A DNA stretch of 64,000 bases from Lama guanicoe (Eukaryota), in contig MU053588.1 in assembly GCA_013239625.1 (NCBI GenBank), forward strand, positions 3,252,799 through 3,316,798, given 5' to 3'. Positions 17,186-37,100 of the stretch are shown piece after piece. Every line of letters begins with the position of its first letter. The first letter of the stretch is position 1. The notes beneath the pieces were generated by a model, which saw only the letters and a list, made by a program, of their open reading frames with translations, was not told the origin of the DNA and made no database searches. A program made the position numbers and the translations under genes.

Positions 17186-19689
17186 ACTTTGGACCTTTGG
17201 ATGCAGTGACCTGTCCTGGGTGCTGGTTGCAGCCACCACAGGGCCACAGCCTTTGCTTGGTTCTTAAGGACAGGGGCCTGGACTGGACCCCACCCCCCCA
17301 ACCGTGGATCTATTGCCAGAGGGCCTAACCCCATCTAAATGGGTTAAATCTAGGCCTGGGAAATGAATTCCTGACTTTGGGGGGCACTTAACTCCCCATT
17401 CCTGGTGATGAAGGTCCTAGGCATACTCTGGCCCTCTTGACTGCTCTCATCTTAAATGGGGGATCAGCTCATCCTTGGATGCACTTAGGACTAAAACACC
17501 ACAGCATTGCCCTTGCTCTTCGGCCTTAAAATGCCTTTCCTCTCTGAATTCCTATCCATACCTCCAGGCTGTGGTGGAGGACTGGAGTTCCTTTGCATTA
17601 CCTCTAGCGTCCTCCCACACATCACTCTCCTTAAGGGCCCTTCTGAGTTAATCTGGGAGCCTTTTGGCAACAGGCCTGCAATACCTCTTGAATGTAGAAC
17701 CTTGCAAAGTACCTTAGTGATCTTCTATCAAACCATGGGAACACACTCCACCAGCAAGGTGGGGGCAAGTGGCTGACTTACATGACTTGCCCAAGGCCTT
17801 AGGTCCAGCCAGGACTATAAATGAGGTCTGTCTATGAAGCCTATGTTCTTCCAACAACTAAGTTTTCCTAAAGCCAGGATGATTGGATCAAGACCAGGAC
17901 CTCAAGGTCATAGGATCCAAAAGGTGAGGCCATAGATCTAGAAGCCCAAGTTAGAGAACTTGAATCAGAGATGAAAGAATAAGGAGGAGGAATCCAAGCT
18001 GGAGGTGCCCTTAGAGACAGCACGATCCCTTTGGTGCAGGTGAGGTGCCTGAGGCCCAGAGAGGGGAAGGGGATTCCCCAAGGCCACACAGCTGCTAAGA
18101 GATGGAGTGGGAACTGAGGGCTCAGGGCCTGTTGGACTGGCTTCACTGAAACTCACCCTGAGGGGGAAGGAACTGGCAACTCCTACTCACTCACTTCATC
18201 CTCATTTCATGCTGCCCAGGGTGGGTGGTCCCAAATGATGCCTGTTGGCAGTGAAGAGAGGATCCAGGGCTGGGGTACTGGCAGAAAACAGGCTCCGGTG
18301 GCAGCCTGCGGGCAACTGCTCCCTCTCCTGGGTGATGTAAGTCACTCCCTGGGGTGGGGGCCACTGGGCTATTTCTGGAAGTTGGGATGAGGCATGTCTC
18401 CTGGCAACACAGATGCAGCTGAGTTGGTGGTGGTGGTGTGATGGAGAAAGCCGGATGTCATCACTTCGTGAAGGAGGGAAGACCCTGATTAGTAGTCTCA
18501 GCCCCTGATTCTAGAGCCTTCAAAGCACCTCTAAGCCAGGTCAAATATGGATTCAAAAGTGCTCAGCTCCAGAACTGCTTTCAGGTCAGACCACAGCCCA
18601 GCCAGACTTACTGCGGCAAATTCTGGCTAAGTAGATGTCACAGATGGCATTTGGTCTTGAAAACTCCAGCGGCTTCTCTAATCTTTAATGACCCATCCAA
18701 ATCTATTCAGTATTTGCAAGACCATACCCTTGCTCTTTCCCACATCCTCTGGGGATCTCTGATTCCAAGTAGAAAGTCCAAATCTCATGACACTTCAGTT
18801 AATGCATCCCATCGGAGACCCTCTTCATACCTATAACCCCTAGCATCCCTACAGACTCCCAAAGCTCCTTCCTGACGCTTTTCAAGCATCCCTCACCTCT
18901 TCAGGTCCCTCAGAGATCCCCTCAGTCACCAGTAGTTTCTCGGTCTCCCACAGACCTTTTATAGGCACCCCAAGTCTTCTCTGACTTCACTGGTTCCCAG
19001 TAAGACCACTTCATCTAGTCATGGACTCCCCTGAGCACCCACTTACAACCCGCTCTAACACCCCTCAACGACGTTCTCAGCTCGTATAGGCATTCAGGTA
19101 ACTTTCCCTCAGACTGACGCCTCAGACTCCCACGGACCCCAATCCCCTCTGGCGGTTGCCCACGCGCAGCCCCCTGCGCATGTCCCACGGGTTCTGGCCG
19201 TTAAATAACTGCCGCAGTCCGACCCTGCTCGCCAGCCCTTGTAGGTCTTCTTGGTCCAGTTTAGGATTCCCCAGGCTTTGGGGCTTGATTCAGATTTTTG
19301 CTTTTGGACTCCGAGCCGCCGTCAGGGGGCAGCGGGCACTGTTTGGCTGAGAAGTTACTACAACTCCCAGAAGCACCCGCTCTAGGCTGTGCGTGATACA
19401 GCCTCATTCATTGAGAATGGAAGTGTGCCTGCGCTGTGCCTTCTGGTTAATGTAGTTCGAGAAGGCTTTAGCGCTACTGTCAGCCCGGCTCCATGGAGTC
19501 TGTGTAGGCTGGGAATTGCGGTCAGCTACAGACCGAGTGGCCCAGACTTTTTTCAGGCTTCAGAAAGGGCAGAACAGTGAGTGTGATCACAGGGTCTGAT
19601 TAAAGTGAAGTCTAGAGACTCCATTTCCCATCATTCCACAAAGTAGGAGGAGCTGCGAGCGATTTCATTCCAGTTCCAAGTATTTCCGG

Positions 19690-19737
19690 AACGGACGGAC
19701 GGACGGACGGACACGCACGCACGCACGCGCGCGCACG
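19690..19737. repeat. Compound microsatellite (GGAC)n-(GCAC)n-(GC)n
   Basis: acggacggacggacggacggacacgcacgcacgcacgcgcgcgcacg. Confidence 0.9.
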
Positions 19738-21153
19738 AACTCTGTTTCCCAGCGCGCTTTGAGGCTCCCGTCCTTCCGGGTATTAATCGGTAAATGGGGA
19801 GACATAATGCGTGCACAAAAACCTGAGGCTACTTCTAGCAGCCGGCTTTCTTTTTGGCCTTCCAGGATCCTGTAGTTTAGAAAGCGTAAGAACGTAAAAG
19901 CCTTCCAGGATCCTGAATAGGGGTTCAAGACAGTCCTGAGAAACCGCCGGAAACTTTGTTTCCCAAATCGTTTGCGGGGTTTTTTCTCCTGGATTTGTGG
20001 ACACTTGGAGCTTAGAGTGTTTGGACTCCATTTTCCAGCAGCCCCTGATCGACTTCGGCTCTTTTCTTGGGACCTGGGGGCGGGACAAGAAGCACTGAAA
20101 CATTCTTCAGTCTCCCCTAGGCGACTACCGTCTTTCACCTTTCGCTCACACTCTCCCGAAGGTACCCATTAGACTACACTTCCCGGCAAGCCTCTGCAGC
20201 CTCCTCTCACAAAGGGTCAGGATCCGGTCTGGACTAGTCCCCAGCATGCTTCAGGATCCTTAGTAGACCCCTCTCCCTCAGTCAGTGGGAAGGCTGCCTT
20301 GAACTCCATTTCCCAGAAGACAAAAGGGCTTGCTGTAATATCTGCTCTGAGGCCTTGGTGCTGACTACATTTCCCAGTAAGAACTACAGCCTAGCGTACA
20401 ACGGAGGGGGACTGCTATACCTACTCCATTTCCTAGCCTATCTCCGGAACTGCGGTATCCACTTGGGGCTTAGGAAATCACATAGGACTCCATTTCCCGG
20501 CGTGCTTTGGGAGTCGCTTTACACCTGCAATGCGGTGAGGGCGTGGCGGCGACTCCATTTCCCGGCTTGCCTCACGGCCCGATATCTGCGGGTCTATCAG
20601 TGTGGACTCAATTTCCCAGAGTGCACCTGGCGCCGGTCGGCATACAACCAGTAGCCTAAGTGAGAGACTGGACTCCGTGTCCCAGAATGCGTCAGGCCTA
20701 CACTGCTCATTGATGGAGTGGCTGAGAGTTTATTTCTGAGGTACACCGAGGAACGACCGGTTGCCGCAACAGAGTGAGTGTGAGACTGTAACTCTGCTTC
20801 CTAAAGTGCTTCAGAGTCCGTGGTCTGCACAGTCGGCCAACTTACTCCCAGTACTCTATTTCCCGACGTGCAGCGCGACCTAGCATCCTGTCTACTCTGA
20901 GGTATTTGCGGACTCCATTTCCCGGCGTGCCAAGCGGCTCTCTGAGAGGGCAGAGAGCGGCTACGGCGGCACGAAGGGAAGGCGGACTGCATCTCCCAGC
21001 GTGCCTCGCGGCGGGCGCTGGGCCGGAGCCGGAGCCCGAGCGGCGCGGCCTGGAAGAGGCCGGAGCCCGGGGGAGGCGGCGGCAGCGGCGGCGGCAGCGG
21101 CGGGGGCAGCCTGGGCAGCCCGAGCCCCGCGGCCTGGGCCTGCGCTCGGCGCC

Positions 21154-29955
<8,802 letters not shown>

Positions 29956-30543
29956 AGGCCCCACCGACTACCCTTCCATCTGGGAGCCCCAAGTAGGGGC
30001 TGGGAATGGGGTAGGGGGGCCATAGCCCAACAAGCTCCTGCCCTGACAGGCTGGGCCCCTAGATAGAGGGCAGAGGTAAATGAGTCCCCATCCCCACCTC
30101 CAGTCCCTCCCTCACCAGCCTTAACCCTGTGGTGGGCTTTTTAAGAGGATTTTAACTGGTGGGGAGGGTAGAGAAGGAAGGACAAGGGGTTGGGGGCATG
30201 AGGACCTCCTACCCCCTCGCCTCCCCTCCCACACCTCCACCTTCTCCAACCCCCCTCCCCTCTTGTGTCCCTTGTAAATAGAACCAGACCAGCCCCTCTT
30301 CTCCTCTTCCCTTCCCTGGCCCCCGGATGTAAATAGATTGTTATAATTTTTTTCTTAAAGAAAATGTCGATTCACACCGTCCAACCTGGTCCCTTCCCCT
30401 CCTACAGCTGTGTCCCCCCTCTCCTGTCCTCTGCCCCTAAGGCCTCCTCCCTCCTCACCCAACCCTGGAGGGCAGGGGCAGTGGGGGAGCTCCTGATGTC
30501 TTAGTTTTCACAGTAAGGTTTGCCTGTGTACAGACCTCCGTTC

Positions 30544-30549
30544 AATAAA
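30544..30549 (+). terminator. GSK3A: GSK3A polyadenylation signal AATAAA
   Basis: AATAAA about 590 nt after the stop, preceded by UGUA. Confidence 0.85.
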
Positions 30550-32730
30550 TTATTGGCATGAAAACCTGCTTCCTGTCTGGCCACCTGTTTTCAGAGAGGT
30601 GAGGGAGGTGCCTGGGGACCTGTCCTGGGACAGGAGTGGGCTGATCTCCTGATAAGGGAGCAGGGTAGAGTGACCCTGGCTCAGGTGCTCAAGCTTCCTG
30701 CGTTTCAGCTCCTCCTCATGTGTCACGATGAGCTGGGTCTGGCTTATCCACTCAAGGGCCTGGGAGGACCCTGCCCCCACGGACCCAGCACAGATCATCT
30801 GCTTCCACTTAGGGAGGGAAGCACTGTCGTTCCTTGGTGACTGGTGAGAATTGGCCATTAGATAGGTCAAGGCCACAGAGTGTAAAGTCAAGGTTTGGAC
30901 AAGAGGGTCCCTGTCTGAGCCTGAGCTATTGGCCGCTTTAGGGGGACACAGGATGATGGGGGGCCACTCAGGCCGGAACAATCTGGGTGTAGACTCTTGG
31001 TGGACATGGATGGGGCAGAACTGCTGTCCCCAAACCCTAACAGGTCCTCCCACCGCCATGACTTCTGCCAGGTCTGGCTCTATCCTCTCCCTCCTGGACC
31101 AACTCCAGCTTCCCCCTTGTCCCACCCCAATGCCAGGGAGCCCTAATTCCCACTTGTGAGCCTCTCCTGTCACTGCCCCAGCTTCTTAGACGAGCTTTCA
31201 AGGCCTTCCCAGGTCTAGGTCTCCCTCCTTACCTGCCTCATCGCCTCTCTGCCCAGCCTCCCTCCCAGGCAGCCCAGCTGCAGCCATGTTCTGCTGCACC
31301 TGTCTGAGCACCTTGGTCTACAGAACCCTGGGAGGAGCCTGTCTGACGGACCTGCCATAAATCATCTGCTTCTAGTTAGAGAGGGAAAGATTGTTACCCC
31401 AGGTAACCTTTGAAAAGGTTGGGGATTCCCTCTTGCTCCCAAGAACTTTGATCTTTCCAGGCCCCATTAAACCCCAGCTGCTCTGTGACAAGTGATTCGC
31501 TTTTCTTCCAGTCACAGTGACTCCTCTGAGCCCGACTCCTGCACTCGTTTCAGGTCACAATCACTCAACAGCACTGATTACAGATACGGGCTGAAAAGAC
31601 CACCTGGATGCCAATCTCTGCTGACGCCTCCGCCTAGCTATGAGAACTTGGGCAAGTTTCTGTCCCTGTTTTCTTATTTGGGGTGACACTGAGATCACCT
31701 CACAGGCCTGCTGGGATCATAATACATGTATAGTAGTGCTAACTGCGGTGCCTGCCACGGCTAGGCAGTCAAATGTTTGCTGTTATTGTGGCTGTCAATA
31801 ACTGGACTATCTCCAAGTATACCAAGAACTCCCCTCTTCGCAGTGTTGCCTGCCTGGAATATTTTCTTCCTCTTCCACTAGCAGATTTCTACTTTTTCTT
31901 CAAGGATTACCGCCTCTAGGAAGTCTGACTCCTGATCTACCACAGAGGTTTGGTCTCTGCTGTGGGATCCTACTGTCCCTGGACATCCCCATTGCAGCCC
32001 TGAGGATCTTTGGGGCTGAGATCTGTCTGCCCTGACCAGTGTTACCCAGCACATGGGAAGGTGGCCTTAGGACACCCAGGCTGAATAAATCAACAAGACA
32101 CTCAAAGAGCAAGGCCATTTGTACTTGTGTATGCTCCTCTGACCACGCTGGGTGGCTCTTGGGGGAGCCCATGTCTGACTCATTCCTGGGTCTCCAGTAT
32201 CACCCAGTCTGCAACAGAGTACCAGGGTACCTACAGATTTCCCTCCATGTTGTCAAAAGTGAGATTAAGGAAGCCCAGAGAAGTCAAGTGCCTTCTTCCA
32301 TCAGGCAGAGCCAAATCCTTGGAGCCCTGAGTCCAGGGAAGGCTAGGGCTGGGGGGATAAGCAGAGGACCCGCAGAGGTATGTGACAGTACCCAGCATAG
32401 ACCTGGCACATGGTTGGGGCTCAGGAAAGGTTACCTGATGTTGCTGGGCACCAGGGTGATGCAGAGCAAAGAGCCTCGGAGAACCCCGATTTGCAATGCA
32501 GTGGGGTGACCTGGGATAGATCATATCATGTCTCAGAGCTCCAGTGTCCCCTCAGGCAGAGGAAGATGACAACTGATGGGGTCGTCCTGAGGAGTCAGTA
32601 AGAGGCCAGGGTGGATGCTGGCACCTGATGGGCACCAGAGGGGCTTGCCAGAGGGTGGTCCCCTTTCTCCCCAGGAGTGCCCACACTTGCTTTTGCAACC
32701 AAACTCTTTTGCTGTTGCTTTTCAGCTCTA

Positions 32731-34752
32731 TCACACGAAGGCCGTGTCCAATTGCAACAGTCCGCTTGCTTCACTGGCCCCCAGTGCCGCCTGGCACAGC
32801 TGCAGTGTGTCCACAAGTGCCAGTGGCTGGGACGTCTCAATGATGGCAATGGTCTCCCCGAGCTCTGTGCACATGATCGTCTGCTGAGGCTCGGGGGGCG
32901 GGGGCTGGGCGGGAGGAGGTGATCTGGGAGGCTGCAGCGTCACTGTCCGTGCTTGGGCATGGACCCGCTGATGCAGTCGCAGGCCCGCCATGGCACGGAA
33001 CCAGCGGCCGCAGGTCCCGCAATAGTAGGGGCTCTTGTTGTAGAGACCGGTGATGGGGAGGCGGGGTGCACGGGCAAAGGCGACTGGCCGCAGGTGCAGC
33101 CTCCGGTGCTGCTGCAGGTTAGAGCTTTGTGTAAAGCGCTTGCCACAGTCCAGGCATTGGTAAGGACGCACGCCTGTGTGGGTCAGTTGGTGCCGGCTGA
33201 GGTTGGCCAGAGAAGCAAAAGTCTTGCCACAGGAGTGGCATTGGAAGGGCCTCTCGCCTGTGTGCGTCCGCAGGTGGTTACGCACGTGGACCAGCTTCTT
33301 GAAGCCCTTGCCGCAAACACCACAGCGGTGCCGCCGCTCGGGAGGCCCGTGGACTGCGCGCCGGTGACGGGAGAGCCGGGAGGCTGAGGCAAATGACTTG
33401 GAGCACTGTGGGCAGGGCAGCTGGGCAGGTGGGGTTGGGGGCGGTGGTGGGGGCGTGGGCTCTGCTGGAGCCGGGGAGGCTGCCACCACCGCTGTGGGGG
33501 GTGCCCCACTCTTGCCAGCATGAGTACGCCGGTGATAAAGGAACTTGGTCATGTTGCTGAACGTTTTGCCACAGCGGCAGCGATGCAACGGGTTGGCGGT
33601 GTGGGCCCGCCGGTGGGCCACCAATGTGAGTTCTGTGCCGAAGCCACGGCCACAGTCAACACAGAGGTAGCGGGCTTCACCGCGGTGCAGCCGCAGGTGC
33701 TGCTCCAGTGAGGCTGCTTTCTTGAAGACCTTGGAACAGGCCGTACATTCATGTGTGCCACCGACATGGGCCCGCCCGTGAGCCAGCAGCCGGTTTGCTG
33801 AGCTGAAGCTGCGCTGGCACTGGCTGCAGTGGAAGGGGTGAGCCACCGATGCTGGGCCATGGGATGCCCGTCGGTGTCGCCTGCGTGCCGCTGGTGAAGT
33901 CCAGTGTTGTGGACAATCCCCACAAGTCTGGACCTGGCTGGCTGTGGACTTCTCACTTCCCACAGCATCATCACCAACCTCTGCTGCTGCCTCTTCCTCA
34001 TCTTCTGTCTCTTCATCCTCATCTTCTTCATCCTCATCTTCCTCCTCCTCCTCCTCTAGCCCGTTGCGCTCTTCTTTCTCTAGGGAGTCAAAGTGGGTGC
34101 CTTGATGCTCCAAGAACTCCTCAGGGGTGGTACAGAGGGTAGAGCACTCGGGACACTCATAGGGCTCCATCTTGATTTCGGGTGGAGCAGGGGGTGGAGG
34201 TGGTGGTGTTAGGGGAGGCAGAGGAGGTGGCACTGGAGGTTTAACTGCTGTAGCAGAAAGGTGCTGGGCCTTGCGATGAGCCACCCACAGCTCAGGCGAG
34301 GGGAACAGCTCCTGGCAGTCTCCACACTGGTACTGGATCTGGCTTGCAGACTCCCGGAGGTGGGCGTCCTGGTGGGCCAGGAGTTCACTGGGGGAGATGA
34401 TGAGCTGGCTGCACTCACCGCACTGGAAAGGCCCATCCTCAGTGCCTGGCACTAGCTCTGGCTCCAGGCTAGTGTCCTGGGTGGTCAGCGCCTCCTCCTC
34501 TGTGACAGTGGGCACGTGCTGCTCCTGGTGTGAGAGGACTTCCTCCAGTGTGTTGTAGAGGCTGCCACACTCAGAGCACATGAACTGGAAGAAGAGGGAT
34601 GAGGCAAGGGCCTCTCCGGGTGTCATCTCGGTCACCTCTGTTGACATCTCTGTCTTCTCCCCTAACATCGGTGTTGACATCTCCATTGCCCCTGGTGACA
34701 TCTGTGTTGGCATCTCAGCCACCTCAGCCACCTCAGCCACCACTTCTGCCAT
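32731..34752 (-). CDS. ZNF526: Zinc finger protein 526 (C2H2, single coding exon, 673 aa)
   Basis: 673-aa ORF MAEVVAEVAE...LLQLDTAFV with many CxxC-x12-HxxxH fingers, HTGERPF linker, acidic and Pro tracts; lies between GSK3A and DEDD2 as in human. Confidence 0.96.
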   Translation of the reverse strand: MAEVVAEVAEVAEMPTQMSPGAMEMSTPMLGEKTEMSTEVTEMTPGEALASSLFFQFMCSECGSLYNTLEEVLSHQEQHVPTVTEEEALTTQDTSLEPELVPGTEDGPFQCGECSQLIISPSELLAHQDAHLRESASQIQYQCGDCQELFPSPELWVAHRKAQHLSATAVKPPVPPPLPPLTPPPPPPAPPEIKMEPYECPECSTLCTTPEEFLEHQGTHFDSLEKEERNGLEEEEEEDEDEEDEDEETEDEEEAAAEVGDDAVGSEKSTASQVQTCGDCPQHWTSPAARRRHRRASHGPASVAHPFHCSQCQRSFSSANRLLAHGRAHVGGTHECTACSKVFKKAASLEQHLRLHRGEARYLCVDCGRGFGTELTLVAHRRAHTANPLHRCRCGKTFSNMTKFLYHRRTHAGKSGAPPTAVVAASPAPAEPTPPPPPPTPPAQLPCPQCSKSFASASRLSRHRRAVHGPPERRHRCGVCGKGFKKLVHVRNHLRTHTGERPFQCHSCGKTFASLANLSRHQLTHTGVRPYQCLDCGKRFTQSSNLQQHRRLHLRPVAFARAPRLPITGLYNKSPYYCGTCGRWFRAMAGLRLHQRVHAQARTVTLQPPRSPPPAQPPPPEPQQTIMCTELGETIAIIETSQPLALVDTLQLCQAALGASEASGLLQLDTAFV

Positions 34753-34859
34753 TGTGTGGAAGGCAGTGCCTGGAGAAAGAAGGGAGACCTAGTGAGACAC
34801 TAGAAACTCAAGGGGAGAGGGGATGTCTCAGGAGTCCTCTTGCCCATCCAGTCACTCAC

Positions 34860-34960
34860 CAGCCTCTACCAACCAGAAAGTCTGGAGCCAGCGTTTGTAC
34901 CTCGGTCTTCAATGAACCTGTGACTCTGTAGTTGACCTGCATCCCATGGTGGCCAGGCAT
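34860..34960 (-). other. ZNF526: Predicted ZNF526 non-coding 5' UTR exon
   Basis: Minus-strand tctcctgcag| acceptor at 34961 and G|GTGAGT donor at 34859; next acceptor tctttctccag| leads into 34769, 17 nt before the ATG. Confidence 0.7.
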
Positions 34961-36649
34961 CTGCAGGAGAGACAGCCCTCCTCAGTCTGGCCTCTGATGC
35001 CACCTTCCTTACCCAAAGGGCCAGGTACACCCTTTCCAAGAACATAATGTGTCTTTGTGGGCCTCTTGGCCTTTGCCTGTGCAGTTTCCTCTCTGTGCAG
35101 CAGCTTTCCTTCATCAACATATACACAGACATGCAGCAAAACAAAGTGTTTCAGAGCACAGGCTCTGGAACCAGACTGCCCTTGGCTTGACTTTGAGTCC
35201 CACCATTTACTTCACCTCTCTGAGACTGTTTTCTCATCTGTGAAAGGGAGCTAAAAGTAGTACTAACTGCAAAGTCCCTGGTACCTGATAAACATTAGGT
35301 AGAATCATTACTTCTAATTCTGCAGAAATGTTGCCTTTGGACCCCAAGGCTTTGACACTGTGATTCCATCTGCCAAGAAAGTTCCCTCTTCTGGTCTAGC
35401 AAACTCCTATCCAATATTTCCTTTGTGAAACCTTTTAAAATAACATAATTACACCCACGGGGTGGTGACCACTCCCTCCTCCTCGGGGTTCCTATGGTAT
35501 CCTGTGCCACCTCTATCATAGCAAATATCATGAACATGGGATAGAGTCTCTGTGCTCCCCACCAGATTCAGCCTGCAGGCAGGGCAGGTCTGATTTGTTG
35601 TAGGGGTTGTTGTCAGCAATAAAACCACTGACCAAGGAGAAGGATTTTAACCTTTGAACTTCCTCTGTGTGCCCCATCTCCCCCTCTACATGTGTGAGCT
35701 CAACCCACCCCAGGCCCCTTCACATAGCAGAGGCTCAGAGTCCCTACAGCAAATGTCCCCCATTCAGGCCTAGAAGTAACTTTCCAAATATAACCTCTAC
35801 CATCTCCATCTCTTCAACTCATCTGTTAAGTGTTAGAGGGCAGGTGGAGTTCAGCTTACAGCCCTGCACACAAAAGTTGCTTGTGTTAAGGTCCCAGAGG
35901 GCAGGGATTTTAGTCTGTTCACCACAAACGGCACTCAGATAGTGAATGAATAATGCTCCCTCGAGGAAGTGTGGCCCCCAGAGTTTAACTGTCCCTTGTC
36001 ACTTCTCCCACCAGAGCAGCCCTATTAGACTGTGAATTCCCACAGTAACCAGGCCCAGCAAAGGGCCCTGTTATCACCTGGTGTCTAATAACTGCTCCTT
36101 GAGTAAATGATTCACTAAAAGCCCAAGAGCTAAACTTTCCAACTCCCTCACTAATTTTTGAGTTGCCAGGGCCCTGGCACACAACCACCATTCAACAACG
36201 GACCTTCTTGGAAGCAGTCAATCAGGGGCCTGAGAGTTCAACTTTTCATTGTGTACAGCCCCACTCCAGAGAATTCCCTTCCTGCGAGGCCCAGTGCCTG
36301 GTGCATGACTTATACATAGCAGACACCCAGGGAATGTCTAGAAGGTGGCCTGAGAGACCTGAAATTTGGACTTTCCTAGTCTACATTCCCCTCTTCCCAA
36401 TCTTGGATTATGAACTGCTTGGGTGGGTTTTTCTTATACAGTAGATTAATAAGTCCTTCCAGGAAAGAGCCCACCAGGGGCCTGGAAGTTCAACTTTCCC
36501 GAGACACATCCCTTTTCTCTGACCAGACTCGTCAACAACTCCGCAGCCTGAAAGTTCTCTGAAAGAGGTGGAGGGCCAAGGAGCTCAAGCGTAGGCTCCT
36601 GCACACCACAGGGGCTCAATCAACGCTCCAGGGCACATAGGAAGGAGCG

Positions 36650-37100
36650 TTCCCCTTCCACTCCGCGCCGCTCCCGCCCTCGCGCAGGCCCCAAAGCTCC
36701 TCGACCCCCGATGTCCCCTTCTTTCTCACTCCGCCTTCTCCATACGCCCAGCACTCTCTTCACCGGCCAGCCCCGCGGCGCCCTCACCCGTCTCTCTCTT
36801 CTCCTGCAGCCCCCGCCGCTCCTGACACAGACCCTCTTGCTCCAGGCGTGCGGGACCCCTCACTATCCACGCCTCCCATTGGGCGGCGCCCTTACCCGTG
36901 ACGGCCAATCAGAGCCGAAAGCAGAGGGCACGCGCTCTTGCGCCTGCGTGTGGACGCTCAGGCGGGGCTCGGCGAGTTTCTCCACACCCGCAATCGTGCC
37001 CTGTGGGCGGGGCTCGGGGCTCGGGGCTCGGAGAAGCGCCTGCGCAGTTCTCTCGGGCTGCTCTGCCGGAAGTCTGCAAGTTAAGTGCAGAACATCATCG
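36650..37100 (-). promoter_or_regulatory. ZNF526: ZNF526 CpG-island promoter/first exon
   Basis: CpG-rich; CCAAT, NRF1-like GCGCCTGCGCA, ETS CCGGAAGT; candidate minus-strand donors GTAAGG (36895) and GTGAGG (36787). Confidence 0.75.

Noticed and set aside
20172..21005. CRISPR array (repeat plus unique spacer appearance)
   Set aside because: Mammalian promoter; repeats are degenerate, spacing varies 54-74 bp and there are no cas genes. The repeat fits a transcription-factor motif.
21001..21153. GTG-initiated N-terminal extension of GSK3A
   Set aside because: The frame is open, but this is expected in a GCG-rich UTR; the GTG lies in the last promoter motif, probably upstream of the TSS, and the ATG at 21154 has good context.
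30544..30554. Bidirectional poly(A) signal shared by GSK3A and ZNF526
   Set aside because: The minus strand reads AATAAT, not a canonical signal; I could not locate the ZNF526 poly(A) site.
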